NCBI GenBank assembly: GCA_002269645.1
Contig: NIVC01001039.1
Coordinates: forward strand, 63,372-127,371
Reading direction: 5' to 3'
DNA from: Macrostomum lignano
Taxonomy: Eukaryota
DNA length: 64,000 nucleotides
Shown: positions 62,926 through 64,000 of the stretch, piece by piece
Layout of the letters: each line of letters starts with the position of its first letter
Position numbering within the stretch: the first letter of the stretch is position 1
Notes under the pieces: generated by a model
Told to the model about the DNA's origin: nothing
The model's input: the letters and a program-made list of their open reading frames with translations, nothing else
Database searches by the model: none
Made by a program: the position numbers and the translations under genes

Positions 62926-63435
62926 TTACTGCCTGCAGCTGATGGCGGCCAGGGAGGCGGCTGGCAGCAGCAGCAGCAACCAGGAGAGGCCGCGCAGGCG
63001 CTCACCGGAGTTGCACAGGTCGCCTTGGCAACAGTGCTGCCCGTTGCCATCAGAGTCCGTGGCCTGGGTGCAGACACTGAGGCACTGGCGGCTGATGACG
63101 CTCAATGCCTTGCTTTTCTGCAATTAGAGTTTTGCGTCACGAGTTCGTCCTGCATCAGTGCTTATTGCAAGCTGCTATCGATAAAATCTAGCGAGGACTC
63201 ACCCCGCAGTAGGTGCAGCCGGTAGATGTGGACACTTCGCTGCTCTTGAAAGTCTCACTGCAGAGAAAGCAGGTGTAGCAACTGATGGCCTCAGCGGTCA
63301 GCATGGAGGCTGCGGGATTTCAACCGGGAAGGGGTGGAGTTTAAAATGATTATAGATTACTGCTATCAAATAAGATGGCTATTAAGCTACAAGGAATTTA
63401 CCTCCGAGCACAAGCAGTAGCAGGGCGACGCGCAT
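62926..63435 (-). CDS. Ly6/uPAR (three-finger) GPI-anchored protein, paralog B; exons 63435-63402, 63309-63203, 63117-62926; 110 aa
   Basis: MRVALLLLVLG...ISCYTCFLCSETFKSSEVSTSTGCTYCGKSKALSVISRQCLSVC...HCCQGDLCN. Same intron positions and phases as paralog A, with an identical 107-nt exon 2. Confidence 0.88.
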
Positions 63436-64000
63436 TCTGTGGCAGGCGCAACAGCGAACGGCAAAATATGGCTATGGAATTGAAGGCTGTTGAAGCTCGG
63501 CTTGGCTGGGTGCCGTTGCCGCTCAGCTCGGGTAATTATATACACCGCCAGCGGTTGCTATGGAGCCTCATGGGGTTGGTTGCACCATTCAAGCATCCAT
63601 GCTTCTAAGTGTGTGCAGAGGCGGGTGATGGCTCCAGTTTTCTGTTACGCAGTTCTGTAATTGTCCTATTGGACTGGCATTCTATTTTCAAAAATAATTT
63701 GACGCAGTTGCAATTGCAAATAAACTCAGAATCTGTGGGACTACAGTATAACAAACCCATAGCAGGCGCCTCATCTAGCAAAAATACAGAAGTGATAGCT
63801 AAGGTTTCGGGCTCGCCTTGACAGGCGGTGTTCCATTTGAGGTCGGCTATTGTGTGCACTCGTGAGGAAAGCTGTAGAAACAGAAACGAATCTCTCTAGC
63901 CCCAAACGAAGGCCCCCAAAACTCTCAGGTATGGATAGGTGCGCACATGAATTTGAAAAGACAATTATAATTTCCAGGGCCACTGCTCCTGATAATTTTG

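Overview
Eukaryotic (animal) genomic DNA. GC/CpG-rich exons are separated by introns and intergenic DNA packed with private 15-34 bp minisatellites. This style, plus acceptor sites just upstream of start codons, suggests a flatworm such as Macrostomum (inference only). Host genes: the 3' end of a REPS1/2-like gene; a solitary stem-loop histone H3 with L65M and M90Q substitutions; an unidentified 324-aa ORF; a 15-exon LRRC71-like gene with all splice phases consistent; an RGS12/loco-like gene (PDZ-PTB-RGS-RBD-RBD, no GoLoco seen); and two tandem Ly6/three-finger GPI-type genes. The most striking object is a 5.3-kb DNA transposon (7289-12592). It sits between AAA|TTT with no target-site duplication (Spy/PHIS-like), and its reading frame joins a C2H2 finger, HTH, DDE transposase, degenerate SWIM and an apparently catalytically intact ubiquitin-specific protease. 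Its left TIR contains a 161/152-bp higher-order satellite. Also present are a CMC/EnSpm non-autonomous element, several MITEs (one duplicating a splice donor), kilobase-scale CpG-free blocks, and inverted minisatellites bracketing an RGS exon. All domain calls come from motif recognition by eye; no searches were run.
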